Under the pieces are notes generated by a model, which worked only from the letters and a program-made list of their open reading frames with translations, made no database searches and had not been told where the DNA came from. A DNA stretch of 40,035 bases from an uncultured bacterium (GTDB taxonomy: Bacteria; CAYJRR01), in NCBI GenBank assembly GCA_964372275.1, contig CAYJRR010000025.1, forward strand, positions 1 to 40,035, given 5' to 3'. The stretch's first letter is position 1, and each line of letters begins with the position of its first letter. This document shows positions 27,499 through 35,993 of the stretch, in pieces. The position numbers and the translations under genes were made by a program.

Positions 27499-30072
27499 CT
27501 AGCCCGCCTCGCCCAGACGACGCGCGTCGTGGACCAGCATCGCCCCGAGCGGCTCGGGCGCCGCCGAGCCACGCCGCTTGAGATCGAGACGGAGCACCGC
27601 CCCGCCGCCGGCGTCGAAGTAGCGCACCTCGATCGGGTGCAGCCCGGGCGCGAGGCGGCGCAGTACGCCGGTCCGCGCTTGCGCCCCGTGGGTACCGCCG
27701 TTGTCGAGGACCAGCGCGCCGTCGAGGTAGACCCACGAGCCGTCGTCGGAGTGTGTGGTGAAGGCGTACTCGTCGTCGTGCTCGACGCGGAGATAGCCGG
27801 TCCACCGGGCGCAGAACGGCGCGCGGAACTCGCGCGCCTCACGGCGAAGATCGTCGCGTCGCCGGCCGTAGACCGGCACCGGGTCGACGCGCCGCGCGAG
27901 CGTCTCGCCGGTGCATCCGATGCCGTAGCGGTAGTCGGCGATCAGGCCGGGGGAAAGGGCCACGCCGGGATCGCGCGTGATCGCCGGATCGACGGCCGCG
28001 GGCTCCGGCGGGGGGCCGAAGAGCGGATCCCAGACCTCGGGCGTGGCGTAGAGCACCAGCACCACGCCGGGGCGGAGCATGAAGCGCTCCGCGCGATAGC
28101 CGGCGAGCTTCTCGCGCAGCGCCTCCTCCTGCGTCGACGAGGCGACGACCACCGGCGGCGGATCTCCGGACGGGATCTTCCCCTGGTAGTAGTCGACCTG
28201 CTTCTCGTGCCGCCGCATGTAGAACGGCATCGGCCAGTAGTCGCCGGAGGTGGTCCACACCTTGAGCGACGGACCCTCCGCCTCGAACAGCCGCTCCAGA
28301 CGCGCGATCATCGTCTCGTAGTCGCGCACCGTCTGGACGTAGACGATGCGGTGGCGGTCGTCGTCGGCGTGGACGAAGTTCACGTCCCATCCGACCTCGA
28401 ACCAGGTGGCGGAGCGGCCGGTTCCCGCCGGATCGAGCACCGCCCCCGCCGGCACCGGAAAGAGGAACGTCACCGGAACGGCCAGCGCGGCGAACGCCGC
28501 CTCCGCGACGCCCCCCCACCGCGCCCGTACCGCCGGGAGCGCACGCGCCGCCTCGCGCGCCGCGATCCCACCGAGCAGCGCCATCGGCACGGTGAAGTTG
28601 AGGTTGAGCCAGGGGGTCTTGTAGGAGATCAGCGAGTAGATCCCCCAGAGACCCCAGGCCCAGACCAGGACGAACAAACCGACCCGATCGCGGCGCCACA
28701 GGACCGCCAGCGACCCCAGCGCGGCGAAGACGAGGATCGGCAGGTCGTACTGGTGCAACAGCTCGAGCCAATAGGCGAACGGCTTGGAGTGTCCCGCCCC
28801 CTCGTTCCCGCGCCCGACCCAGGTGAGGTAGGTGGCGAACATGTCGACGGCGCCGCGCATGTTCTTGAACAGCGAAGTGAACAGGATCACCACCAGCGCC
28901 GCCCCCCAGGCGTAGGCGAGCGCCCAGTCGGAGAGCGCCTCCAGTTCGGCCGGGGCCCGCCGCTCGACCGCGCCGCACGCCCGCTCCACCGGCCCGAGCG
29001 GCAGCCCGTAGGTGCGTCCGAGCCATCGGAGCAGGAACAGCGGTCCGACCACGAAGAAGAGAAAGCCCCAGAGGGCGAGGCGCGCCAGCGGCACGAGCGC
29101 GAGCCACGGCGCCTCCAACGCGAAACGGTGGCGCCGGGTCGAAGTCGTCCAGATCGCGGCACCGGCGATGCCCGCGGCGGCGAACCACGGCAGCCACGTG
29201 CCACGCTGCACGCCGTCGGCGAAGGCGGCGATCGTGGCGACGGGAAGGACGGCGAGCGCCGCCGCCCCGGCGACCGACAGCCCGCTCGATCTCCGCGCCG
29301 GGGCCTCCGGTTCGTCCGGCCGGCAGCCGATCCACGCGACCAGCGCCGCCAGCGCGAAGACGGCGAAGGTGAGGACCGACGTCTCCTTGTTGGTGAAGAC
29401 CAATGCCAGGCTCACGACTCCGAACAGCAGCCAGTTGCGGTCGAACGGCGCTCCTCCCCGCGGGATCCGTTCGAACGAGCGCAGCAGGCAGACGAACGCG
29501 GCCAGTCCGAAGAAGACGACGTAGGTCTCGTGGATGATCGTCCGCGAGAAGTAGACGGCGGGCGGGGAGAGGGCGACCAGCCAGGCGGCGAGCGCCAGTC
29601 CCGACCAGCCGAGCCATCGGCGGATCGGCCAGAGGATCGCGATGCAGCCGGTCCCCGCCAGCGCGGGCAGCAGGCGGAGCGAGAAGACCGAAGGCCCCAA
29701 CGTGAAGAAGGGGAGGAGCCCCGCGAAGTAGAGGAAGGGACCGTGGTAGTTGGTCGGATCGTACTTGTAGTTGACGAGCCACCCGCGCCAGGTGAGCCCC
29801 AGGAACTTCCGCCCGCCCGACGCTTCGTCGAACGACACCGGCCAGTGTGCCAGGCCGTTGTAGAGCTTCATCAGGAACCAGCCGTTCACCCCCTCGTCGG
29901 AGTGGAGAGGCTTTTGCTCCAGCACCCGGAGTCGCAGCCACCCGCCGACGGCGACGGCGGCCAGGAAGACCAGCGTCCCCACCACCCGTGCCGCGCGCGC
30001 GTCGCCGCCGCCGCCTGCCGGAGCGGGTGCCGGCGAGGCGGGCGGTCTTTCGCGCGAAGCGGTCGCGGACAT
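27499..30072 (-). CDS. PMT/ArnT-like GT-C membrane protein (TIGR03663/Agl23-like) with C-terminal PA14 domain
   Basis: LHSDEG, YKYDPTNYHGPFLY, LSPPAVYFSR, KE, YKTPW, WPMPFY; PA14 motif FCARWTG...SDDGS...DNGGTHG...GLHPIEVRYF. Confidence 0.88.
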   Translation of the reverse strand: MSATASRERPPASPAPAPAGGGGDARAARVVGTLVFLAAVAVGGWLRLRVLEQKPLHSDEGVNGWFLMKLYNGLAHWPVSFDEASGGRKFLGLTWRGWLVNYKYDPTNYHGPFLYFAGLLPFFTLGPSVFSLRLLPALAGTGCIAILWPIRRWLGWSGLALAAWLVALSPPAVYFSRTIIHETYVVFFGLAAFVCLLRSFERIPRGGAPFDRNWLLFGVVSLALVFTNKETSVLTFAVFALAALVAWIGCRPDEPEAPARRSSGLSVAGAAALAVLPVATIAAFADGVQRGTWLPWFAAAGIAGAAIWTTSTRRHRFALEAPWLALVPLARLALWGFLFFVVGPLFLLRWLGRTYGLPLGPVERACGAVERRAPAELEALSDWALAYAWGAALVVILFTSLFKNMRGAVDMFATYLTWVGRGNEGAGHSKPFAYWLELLHQYDLPILVFAALGSLAVLWRRDRVGLFVLVWAWGLWGIYSLISYKTPWLNLNFTVPMALLGGIAAREAARALPAVRARWGGVAEAAFAALAVPVTFLFPVPAGAVLDPAGTGRSATWFEVGWDVNFVHADDDRHRIVYVQTVRDYETMIARLERLFEAEGPSLKVWTTSGDYWPMPFYMRRHEKQVDYYQGKIPSGDPPPVVVASSTQEEALREKLAGYRAERFMLRPGVVLVLYATPEVWDPLFGPPPEPAAVDPAITRDPGVALSPGLIADYRYGIGCTGETLARRVDPVPVYGRRRDDLRREAREFRAPFCARWTGYLRVEHDDEYAFTTHSDDGSWVYLDGALVLDNGGTHGAQARTGVLRRLAPGLHPIEVRYFDAGGGAVLRLDLKRRGSAAPEPLGAMLVHDARRLGEAG

Positions 30073-30092
30073 CGATCGGGGTGTCGTTGGCG

Positions 30093-30755
30093 TCAAGGGA
30101 TCGGCAGTCGGCCCGTCCGCAGCCACGACATCACGAACACGATCCCGGCGCCGCACGCGAGCATGTTGAGGAGCGTCCAACGCTCTCCGCGCAGCGCGCG
30201 CCACCGGAACGCTTCACCGGGTCCGGCATCGCCGCTCGCGATCCCCCGGAGGCGCGGCACGAAGCGCGGGACGCGCGCCTTGTAGGTGCGGTATTCATCG
30301 CCGAATTTCCCCTCCAGGAACTCCTCCTCGATGCTGACGATCAGCCGGTACTGGAAGGCGAAGAACAGGACGTAGAGGGCGATCACCCAGCCGATCCGGG
30401 TCAGCAGCACGAAGCCGAGTCCCAGGAGGAAGTTCCCGACGTAGATCGGATTGCGGACGACGGCGTAGGGCCCGCCCGTGGCGAGCGCCGGGGCCTTCAG
30501 CGATTTGGCACGGGTCGTCGTACCGGAATGGCCGACCGACCAGATGCGCAAGAGCTCGCCGGCGAGTACCAGCGTCGCGGACAGCGCGGTGGTCGCCGCC
30601 GCCGCCGCCGGATTGCCGCTCGCGAAGTCCGGGTGGTGGAACCACATCCCGCCGAGCGCCACGACCGCCACCGGGATCGGCACGTGATCGCGGTGCCGGA
30701 ACAGGAATTCGCGCAGGTCGAACGCCTTCGCCTCGGACCCCATGGGGCCGGCCAT
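30093..30755 (-). CDS. ICMT/PEMT-family membrane methyltransferase (LmtA-like N-terminus)
   Basis: FLFRHR..P, GELLRIW, LATGGPYAVVRNPIYVGN, EEEFL-GKFGDEY-Y-VPRFVP; start 30755 or 30743. Confidence 0.9.
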   Translation of the reverse strand: MAGPMGSEAKAFDLREFLFRHRDHVPIPVAVVALGGMWFHHPDFASGNPAAAAATTALSATLVLAGELLRIWSVGHSGTTTRAKSLKAPALATGGPYAVVRNPIYVGNFLLGLGFVLLTRIGWVIALYVLFFAFQYRLIVSIEEEFLEGKFGDEYRTYKARVPRFVPRLRGIASGDAGPGEAFRWRALRGERWTLLNMLACGAGIVFVMSWLRTGRLPIP

Positions 30756-30759
30756 GCTA

Positions 30760-32670
30760 TCAGAAGCGGTATCGGAACGACACGACGACGCTGCCGTGCG
30801 CGTCGGTGCCGGCGGAGTCGACGAGCGGAGGATCGTAGGCGGGCTTGGCGTCCCCGGTGAACGCCACGCCGCGCACCTCCTGGGTCACGCGCACGGCGAA
30901 GGCGGAGCGGCGGCCGTCGAGTTCGATCGACGCGCCGCCGCCGAACGCCCATCCTCCGTCGTACTTGCCGGAGGCCGCGGCCGGCGTCTCGGTGTAGGCG
31001 TGCACCAGCCGGACCTCCCCCCGCGGGACGACGTTCAGGCGCAGTCGCCCGACGCCGATCGGGATCCGTACGTCGAGGCGCGCCAGCGATTCCACCGACT
31101 GGTGCGATGGCAGGAGGTTGGCGGCCTCCTCCTCGACGGTGAGGTCGTTGAACGTGCCCCGTTCGTAGGCGAACCCCATCGACGCCGAGAGGGCGGGAGA
31201 GCCGTCGGAATCGCGCTGGCCGAAGAGGTGACGATAGCCGCCGAGCACGCGCGCCCGCGCCGTCGATCCCCCCTTCACGCTCACCGTCGAGCCGTCGGAG
31301 AGCTGCGTGTCGAGCGTCGACAGGCCGTAGTTCGCCCAGCCCACTTCCGTCGCCGCCAGCCATCCGCGACCGGCGACCTCCACCGCGACCGCCGGCCCGA
31401 CGCCGAAGAACTGGCTCTTGAACGTCCCACCGTCCTTCCCCGCCAACTCCCGCGCGATCAGCGACAGGAGCACCCCGCCTTCCGCCGTGACGCGAACGCC
31501 GCCCGGTCGCGAGGAGGCGGCGACGACCGTCGGAAGCGGGCCGGACGGCCTTCCCGACGCCGGCGGTGGTCCGGCCGATCCGCTCGGCACCGAGGCCGAC
31601 GCCCCCGCGGAGCTCACCGGCGGGGCGCGCGGCGCCTGGAAATGCCCCTCGAGCCACGAGCCGAGCGCCTCCCCGACGCCGCCGCGGAACGGAAGCGTCA
31701 GACTCAAGGCGGCGGTCTCCGCGCGCGCGTCGATCAGCGCCGCGCGGACCTGCAGGTCGGGCCCCTTCCTCGCCGAGGCGAACACCATCCACTCGACGCC
31801 GAGCTTCCGCCCGAGGGTCGAGAGTTTCTGCACCACCGCCGGCGGCGGCCGCTCGCTCCAGACGAGTTCTCCGACCAGCTTCTCCAGCGCCGGAGTGACG
31901 TCGTAGGGGAGGTCGAGCGGGAACTGGAGATCGCCGTCGACCTGGAGCACCCGCGCGACTTCGCGGCGACCCGGCGCGGAGACGACGAGCGTGTGGCGAC
32001 CGAGCGGCACGGTGAAGCTGGCGTCGACCGGCCGGTCGTCGACCGTCACCTTCGCCCCGGCCGGCAGCCCGACGACGGTCACCTTGCCGGTCGGGAGCTT
32101 GGTCGCGCGCGCCCGCTCCACCAGGTCGCGGACCGACGGCCGGAACTCCTTCGGCACCGTCAAATCCGGACCGAGCACGAGCGCCTCGCGAGCCTCCGCG
32201 CGCGCCTGGTCCTCGTCCTCGGCGGCGAGGAAGACCGCCGCGCGCCAGAGCCGCATCCGGATCCGTTCGGTGACCGGAAAACGCGCGAACCGCTCCTGGA
32301 GCGAGGCGAGGCCCCCGAGCCGCTCCAGCGCCATCGCGGTCCGGTCTTCGTAGTAGGCGGCCTTCGCCTGGTCGAGGAGCGTCGTCGCCTCGGCGATCGC
32401 CGCTTGGAGCGCGGGATCGGCCGATGCGGGACCGGCGGCGTCGCCCGTCCGCAGCACGCCCGAGACGGTCGCGAGCTTCTGGGGCGGGAGCAGCGCGATC
32501 CCCGGATAGGCCCCCAACCGTCCGAGGAGCGATGCCTGCAACTCGGCCACGACGTCGATCTCGTTCCCGGCGCAGATCACCGCCGCCGGAACCGGGGAAG
32601 CGCCGGCGCCGCCGGCGGGGCCGAAGGAGGTGACGAACAGCGACGCCGAGAGGAGCGGAAGGGGCGTCAT
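30760..32670 (-). CDS. TPR-like + PEGA domain protein with C-terminal outer-membrane beta-barrel
   Basis: ATG overlaps the kinase stop; PAGAKVTVDD...LGRHTLVVSAPG (PEGA); alternating beta-strands ending VSFRYRF. Confidence 0.75.
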   Translation of the reverse strand: MTPLPLLSASLFVTSFGPAGGAGASPVPAAVICAGNEIDVVAELQASLLGRLGAYPGIALLPPQKLATVSGVLRTGDAAGPASADPALQAAIAEATTLLDQAKAAYYEDRTAMALERLGGLASLQERFARFPVTERIRMRLWRAAVFLAAEDEDQARAEAREALVLGPDLTVPKEFRPSVRDLVERARATKLPTGKVTVVGLPAGAKVTVDDRPVDASFTVPLGRHTLVVSAPGRREVARVLQVDGDLQFPLDLPYDVTPALEKLVGELVWSERPPPAVVQKLSTLGRKLGVEWMVFASARKGPDLQVRAALIDARAETAALSLTLPFRGGVGEALGSWLEGHFQAPRAPPVSSAGASASVPSGSAGPPPASGRPSGPLPTVVAASSRPGGVRVTAEGGVLLSLIARELAGKDGGTFKSQFFGVGPAVAVEVAGRGWLAATEVGWANYGLSTLDTQLSDGSTVSVKGGSTARARVLGGYRHLFGQRDSDGSPALSASMGFAYERGTFNDLTVEEEAANLLPSHQSVESLARLDVRIPIGVGRLRLNVVPRGEVRLVHAYTETPAAASGKYDGGWAFGGGASIELDGRRSAFAVRVTQEVRGVAFTGDAKPAYDPPLVDSAGTDAHGSVVVSFRYRF

Positions 32671-34511
32671 TTGACGCGGGCGGTCTTCGCATCGACGTCG
32701 ACGAACAGCTCGACGTTCTCGGAGGCAGGAATGGTCACGCTCTTCTCCAGGCTGAACTGGTAGTCGCGGTTCACGAACTTGAGCTTGTGCGGGCCGGCCG
32801 GGAGGCGATGGCCCTTGAGCGGCGTCTCCTCGGCGACCCGCTTGCCGTCGACCCATACCTCGACCCAGGGTTTGGCCTTCACCGAGAGCGTGCCGGTCGC
32901 CGCCAGGTCGACGGTGGCGACCTTCTCGGTCTTCGGCACGGCCTTCGCCTTGGCCGGCGGGGGGGCCGCCTTCGCCGCGACCGGGGCGCCCGTCGAGGGG
33001 ACGGCGGCACGCGGCTCGGGCGCGGCGGCGCGCGCGTCGGGCTCGATCGGCGCGGCGGCCGGCGCGGCCTCCACGGCCTCCCCGGCGGGAGAGACGACGT
33101 CGGGCGCGACGGCGGCGGCCGGCGGCGCGGAGACGGTCGCCACGGAGGCCGACGGCTCGGCGGCGGGCGTCCCCGCGGGGGCCCGACCTCCGAGCGTCAC
33201 GAATCCCTGCTCGACCGCGATGAAAAGCCCCAGCCCGCCGACGAGGAGGAGGGACGCGACGCCGAGAACGACGCCGTTCAAGAGTCCGGCCGGCTTTTCG
33301 ACATCGGTCCGGCGCGGCTCCGGCTTCTTGATCGACTCCTTGCTGCGGATGTCGACCTTCTTGCTCGGCTCCTTGTTGACGGTGAGATTGCTCCCGGTCC
33401 CCACCTCCGGCTCGGGCTCACCGACGGCCGCGACCTGGAACGCCCCCGACGGAACCTGCATCGTCTCTTTCGACGCGAGGGCGCTGCGTTCGGTCGTCGC
33501 CGACCGGGAGGAGGCCGCCGCGCGCTCGGCCGGCGGTTGGCCCGACCACTGTCCGGTCGGCTCCGAGCCCGGATCGGGGGCGAGATCGGCCTGCCGCTCC
33601 GCGGCGAACAGATCCATCACCAGCTTGGAAAGCGCTTCGCGGGCCTGCACCTGTCCCTGCGCGCCGAGGGCCATCGACAGCGCCGTCTCCATCTCCAGCC
33701 CCGATTGGTAGCGATCCTCGAGCCGGCCGCGCAGCGAGCGGTCCAGCACCCCGCGGGCTTCGGGCGGAAAGGCAGCGAGCTCCGCCTGCGAGAGCCCCTG
33801 GTAGCGGCCGATCTTTCCCAGGATCTCGGCGCTGCTGTCGCCGCCGAACAGCTTCTCCCCCGTCAGCAGCAGGTAGAGCACCAATCCGAGCGAGAACAGG
33901 TCGCTGCGGCGATCGAGTGGATTTCCGATCGCCTGCTCCGGGCTCATGTAGGCGAGCTTGCCGCGAACGCTACCCGAGGTGGTGTGCGAGACGGCGCTGG
34001 CGACCTTGGCGATGCCGAAGTCGGCGACCTTCACCTCGCCGCCGTAGGAGACGAGCAGGTTCTGCGGCGAGACGTCCCGGTGGACCAGGTTGAGCGGCGC
34101 GCCGTTGGGTCCGGTGCGGGCGTGGGCGTAGCCCAGTCCGCGGCAAGCCTCGAGCGTGACGTAGAGCGCGAGCGGCGCCGGGAGCAATCTCTCCTTGGCC
34201 TTCAGCCGCTTCAGGAGCTGCGCGAGGTTCGTTCCGGCGACGTACTCCATCGCCAGGAAGTATTCGTCGGGCCCGAGCTGCCCGAAGTCGAACACTTGCA
34301 CGATGTTGGGATGGACGAGCTCGGCGACGAGCTTCGCCTCCTGGATGAACATGTCGATGAAGGAGCTATCCTCGACCAGGTGGGGAAGCACCTTCTTGAT
34401 GGCGAGGGTCTTCTGGAAGCCGGCGGGGCCGTCGGCGCGCGCCTTCCAGATCTCCGCCATCCCGCCGACGGCGATGCGACGGACGAGGGTGTACCGCCCG
34501 AAAGCCGGCAT
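32667..34511 (-). CDS. Transmembrane Hanks-type Ser/Thr protein kinase with C-terminal PEGA domain
   Basis: IAVGGMAEI, AIKK, HRDVSPQN, DFGIAK, GKLAYMSPEQ, DLFSLG; TM helix; PWVEVWVDG...ETP...LPAGPHKL. Confidence 0.96.
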   Translation of the reverse strand: MPAFGRYTLVRRIAVGGMAEIWKARADGPAGFQKTLAIKKVLPHLVEDSSFIDMFIQEAKLVAELVHPNIVQVFDFGQLGPDEYFLAMEYVAGTNLAQLLKRLKAKERLLPAPLALYVTLEACRGLGYAHARTGPNGAPLNLVHRDVSPQNLLVSYGGEVKVADFGIAKVASAVSHTTSGSVRGKLAYMSPEQAIGNPLDRRSDLFSLGLVLYLLLTGEKLFGGDSSAEILGKIGRYQGLSQAELAAFPPEARGVLDRSLRGRLEDRYQSGLEMETALSMALGAQGQVQAREALSKLVMDLFAAERQADLAPDPGSEPTGQWSGQPPAERAAASSRSATTERSALASKETMQVPSGAFQVAAVGEPEPEVGTGSNLTVNKEPSKKVDIRSKESIKKPEPRRTDVEKPAGLLNGVVLGVASLLLVGGLGLFIAVEQGFVTLGGRAPAGTPAAEPSASVATVSAPPAAAVAPDVVSPAGEAVEAAPAAAPIEPDARAAAPEPRAAVPSTGAPVAAKAAPPPAKAKAVPKTEKVATVDLAATGTLSVKAKPWVEVWVDGKRVAEETPLKGHRLPAGPHKLKFVNRDYQFSLEKSVTIPASENVELFVDVDAKTARVK

Positions 34512-34521
34512 TCCGAAAGGG

Positions 34522-34536
34522 ATTGTACCCTAGAAT
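34522..34536. promoter_or_regulatory. Back-to-back -10 boxes of divergent genes
   Basis: TACAAT on the minus strand (34527-34522) and TAGAAT on the plus strand (34531-34536) within a 33-bp intergenic gap. Confidence 0.55.
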
Positions 34537-34544
34537 GGGTTTGG

Positions 34545-35861
34545 ATGGTGGACCGGGTGGAGAGCCGCCGACCGACTCGATTCCGGCCGTTCCTCGCCAC
34601 CTTGGCCGGGGTCCTCCTGGTCGCGTCCAGCTGCCGCTTTTCGACCGACGCCACACTCGGCGACGGCGGGGACGAGCCGACGCCGACCGGTTCCGGAACG
34701 GGCCCCACACCGGCTCCCAGTCCGCACACCGATCGCACCTTCCAGCCCCCCGCCGAAGGGACCGGCGAGGAGTTCGGGCGATCGGTGGCGTTCGTGGGTG
34801 GTCACGTCCTGATCGGTGCGCCGGCCCGCGCGGAGGGGGCGACGGAGGCCGGAATCGCTTACTTGTTCGACGGCTACGACGGATCGCCGATCTGGACGCT
34901 GCACAACCCCGACCCGGATCCCGTCGATCGCTTTGGATGGTCGGTCGGGTCGCTGAACGGAAATCCGGTCGTCTCCGCGCCGAACGACGATCCGTCGGGC
35001 GTCACCGACTGCGGCAGCGTCTACCTCTTCAGCGCCGAGACCGGCGACCTTCTGCGTACGAGCCCCTGCCCCGCGGCGCAGTCCGGAATCAACTTCGGCG
35101 AGAGCGGACTGGTCGAATTCGATGGAGACCTGCTCGTCGGCGCCCCCGACCGGACCGTCGGAAGCACGAACCAAGCGGGTACGGTCTATCGCCTCGACGG
35201 TCAGACCGGGGATCTGGTTCGCACCTACACCAACCCGTCTCCGGACAACGAAGAGCTCGGATCGGTGCTCGCCGCCGTCGACGGAACCCTCGTCACGGCG
35301 GCGCTGTCCTACGACGTCAGCATCAACGACAACATCGGCATCCTCCACCAGTTCGACCTGGAGACGGGCACGCTCCTGCGCTCCATCGCCAATCCCGATC
35401 CGGACGAGAGCGATACGTTCGGCCGCTCGATCGCCGCAGGGAACGGGATGGTCCTCGCCGGGAGCGATGGGGACGACACCAGCGGAAGCAACAGCGGTCG
35501 GGCCTACCTCCTCTCGGCCGCGAACGGAACGTTGCTGCGAGAGATCGCCAATCCGGCGCCGAGCACCGGCGACCGGTTCGGGGGCGCCGCGGCGTGGATC
35601 GGTCCTTGGGTGGCCGTCGCCGCCACCCAGGAGAGCGACGGAGAGGGAGCCGTCTACCTGATCGATCCCGCGACCGGCGGCCTGCTTCGCACGATCACCC
35701 TCCCGCTCGCCGCCGACGGGGATGCGTTCGGATCGGCGGTGGCGGCGATCGACTGCTGCCTCCTGATCGGCGCGCCCGGCGCGGCGCTCAACGACGGTGC
35801 GGTCCGTCTTGTCGTCGTCGATTCGGGCGGCGCCTTCGCGCGCGGGTCCCCCGGACCCTGA
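34545..35861 (+). CDS. FG-GAP (integrin-alpha-like) beta-propeller lipoprotein
   Basis: Lipobox LVASSC; about seven repeats of FG-SV...LIGAP...G-VYL-D--TG-L-RT--NP. Confidence 0.85.
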   Translation: MVDRVESRRPTRFRPFLATLAGVLLVASSCRFSTDATLGDGGDEPTPTGSGTGPTPAPSPHTDRTFQPPAEGTGEEFGRSVAFVGGHVLIGAPARAEGATEAGIAYLFDGYDGSPIWTLHNPDPDPVDRFGWSVGSLNGNPVVSAPNDDPSGVTDCGSVYLFSAETGDLLRTSPCPAAQSGINFGESGLVEFDGDLLVGAPDRTVGSTNQAGTVYRLDGQTGDLVRTYTNPSPDNEELGSVLAAVDGTLVTAALSYDVSINDNIGILHQFDLETGTLLRSIANPDPDESDTFGRSIAAGNGMVLAGSDGDDTSGSNSGRAYLLSAANGTLLREIANPAPSTGDRFGGAAAWIGPWVAVAATQESDGEGAVYLIDPATGGLLRTITLPLAADGDAFGSAVAAIDCCLLIGAPGAALNDGAVRLVVVDSGGAFARGSPGP

Positions 35862-35905
35862 CGGGCCTCGACCGCCGGCCACCCGACCCGCCTCTCTGCG
35901 GACGC

Positions 35906-35935
35906 TTGACAGAGGCGGGGCCGCTCCCGTAGAAT
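35906..35935 (+). promoter_or_regulatory. Sigma70-type promoter
   Basis: TTGACA-N18-TAGAAT. Confidence 0.75.
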
Positions 35936-35942
35936 ATTGAAG

Positions 35943-35959
35943 TTGAGAATGATTCTCAA
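35943..35959. promoter_or_regulatory. Fur-family operator (Fur box)
   Basis: Perfect palindrome TTGAGAAT-G-ATTCTCAA matching the 7-1-7 Fur motif, located at the predicted transcription start. Confidence 0.85.
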
Positions 35960-35993
35960 AATCATCGATTGGCGTAGCGAGGAGACCGAGACG

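Noticed and set aside
32787-34544. N-terminal 586 codons of the 1024-aa plus-strand ORF
   Set aside because: Antisense to the kinase gene; the real FG-GAP lipoprotein starts at about 34545 with its own signal peptide
35937-35993. N-terminal extension MKLRMILKII of the DUF4856-like ORF
   Set aside because: This stretch is the Fur box and 5' leader; RBS and lipoprotein signal point to ATG 35994
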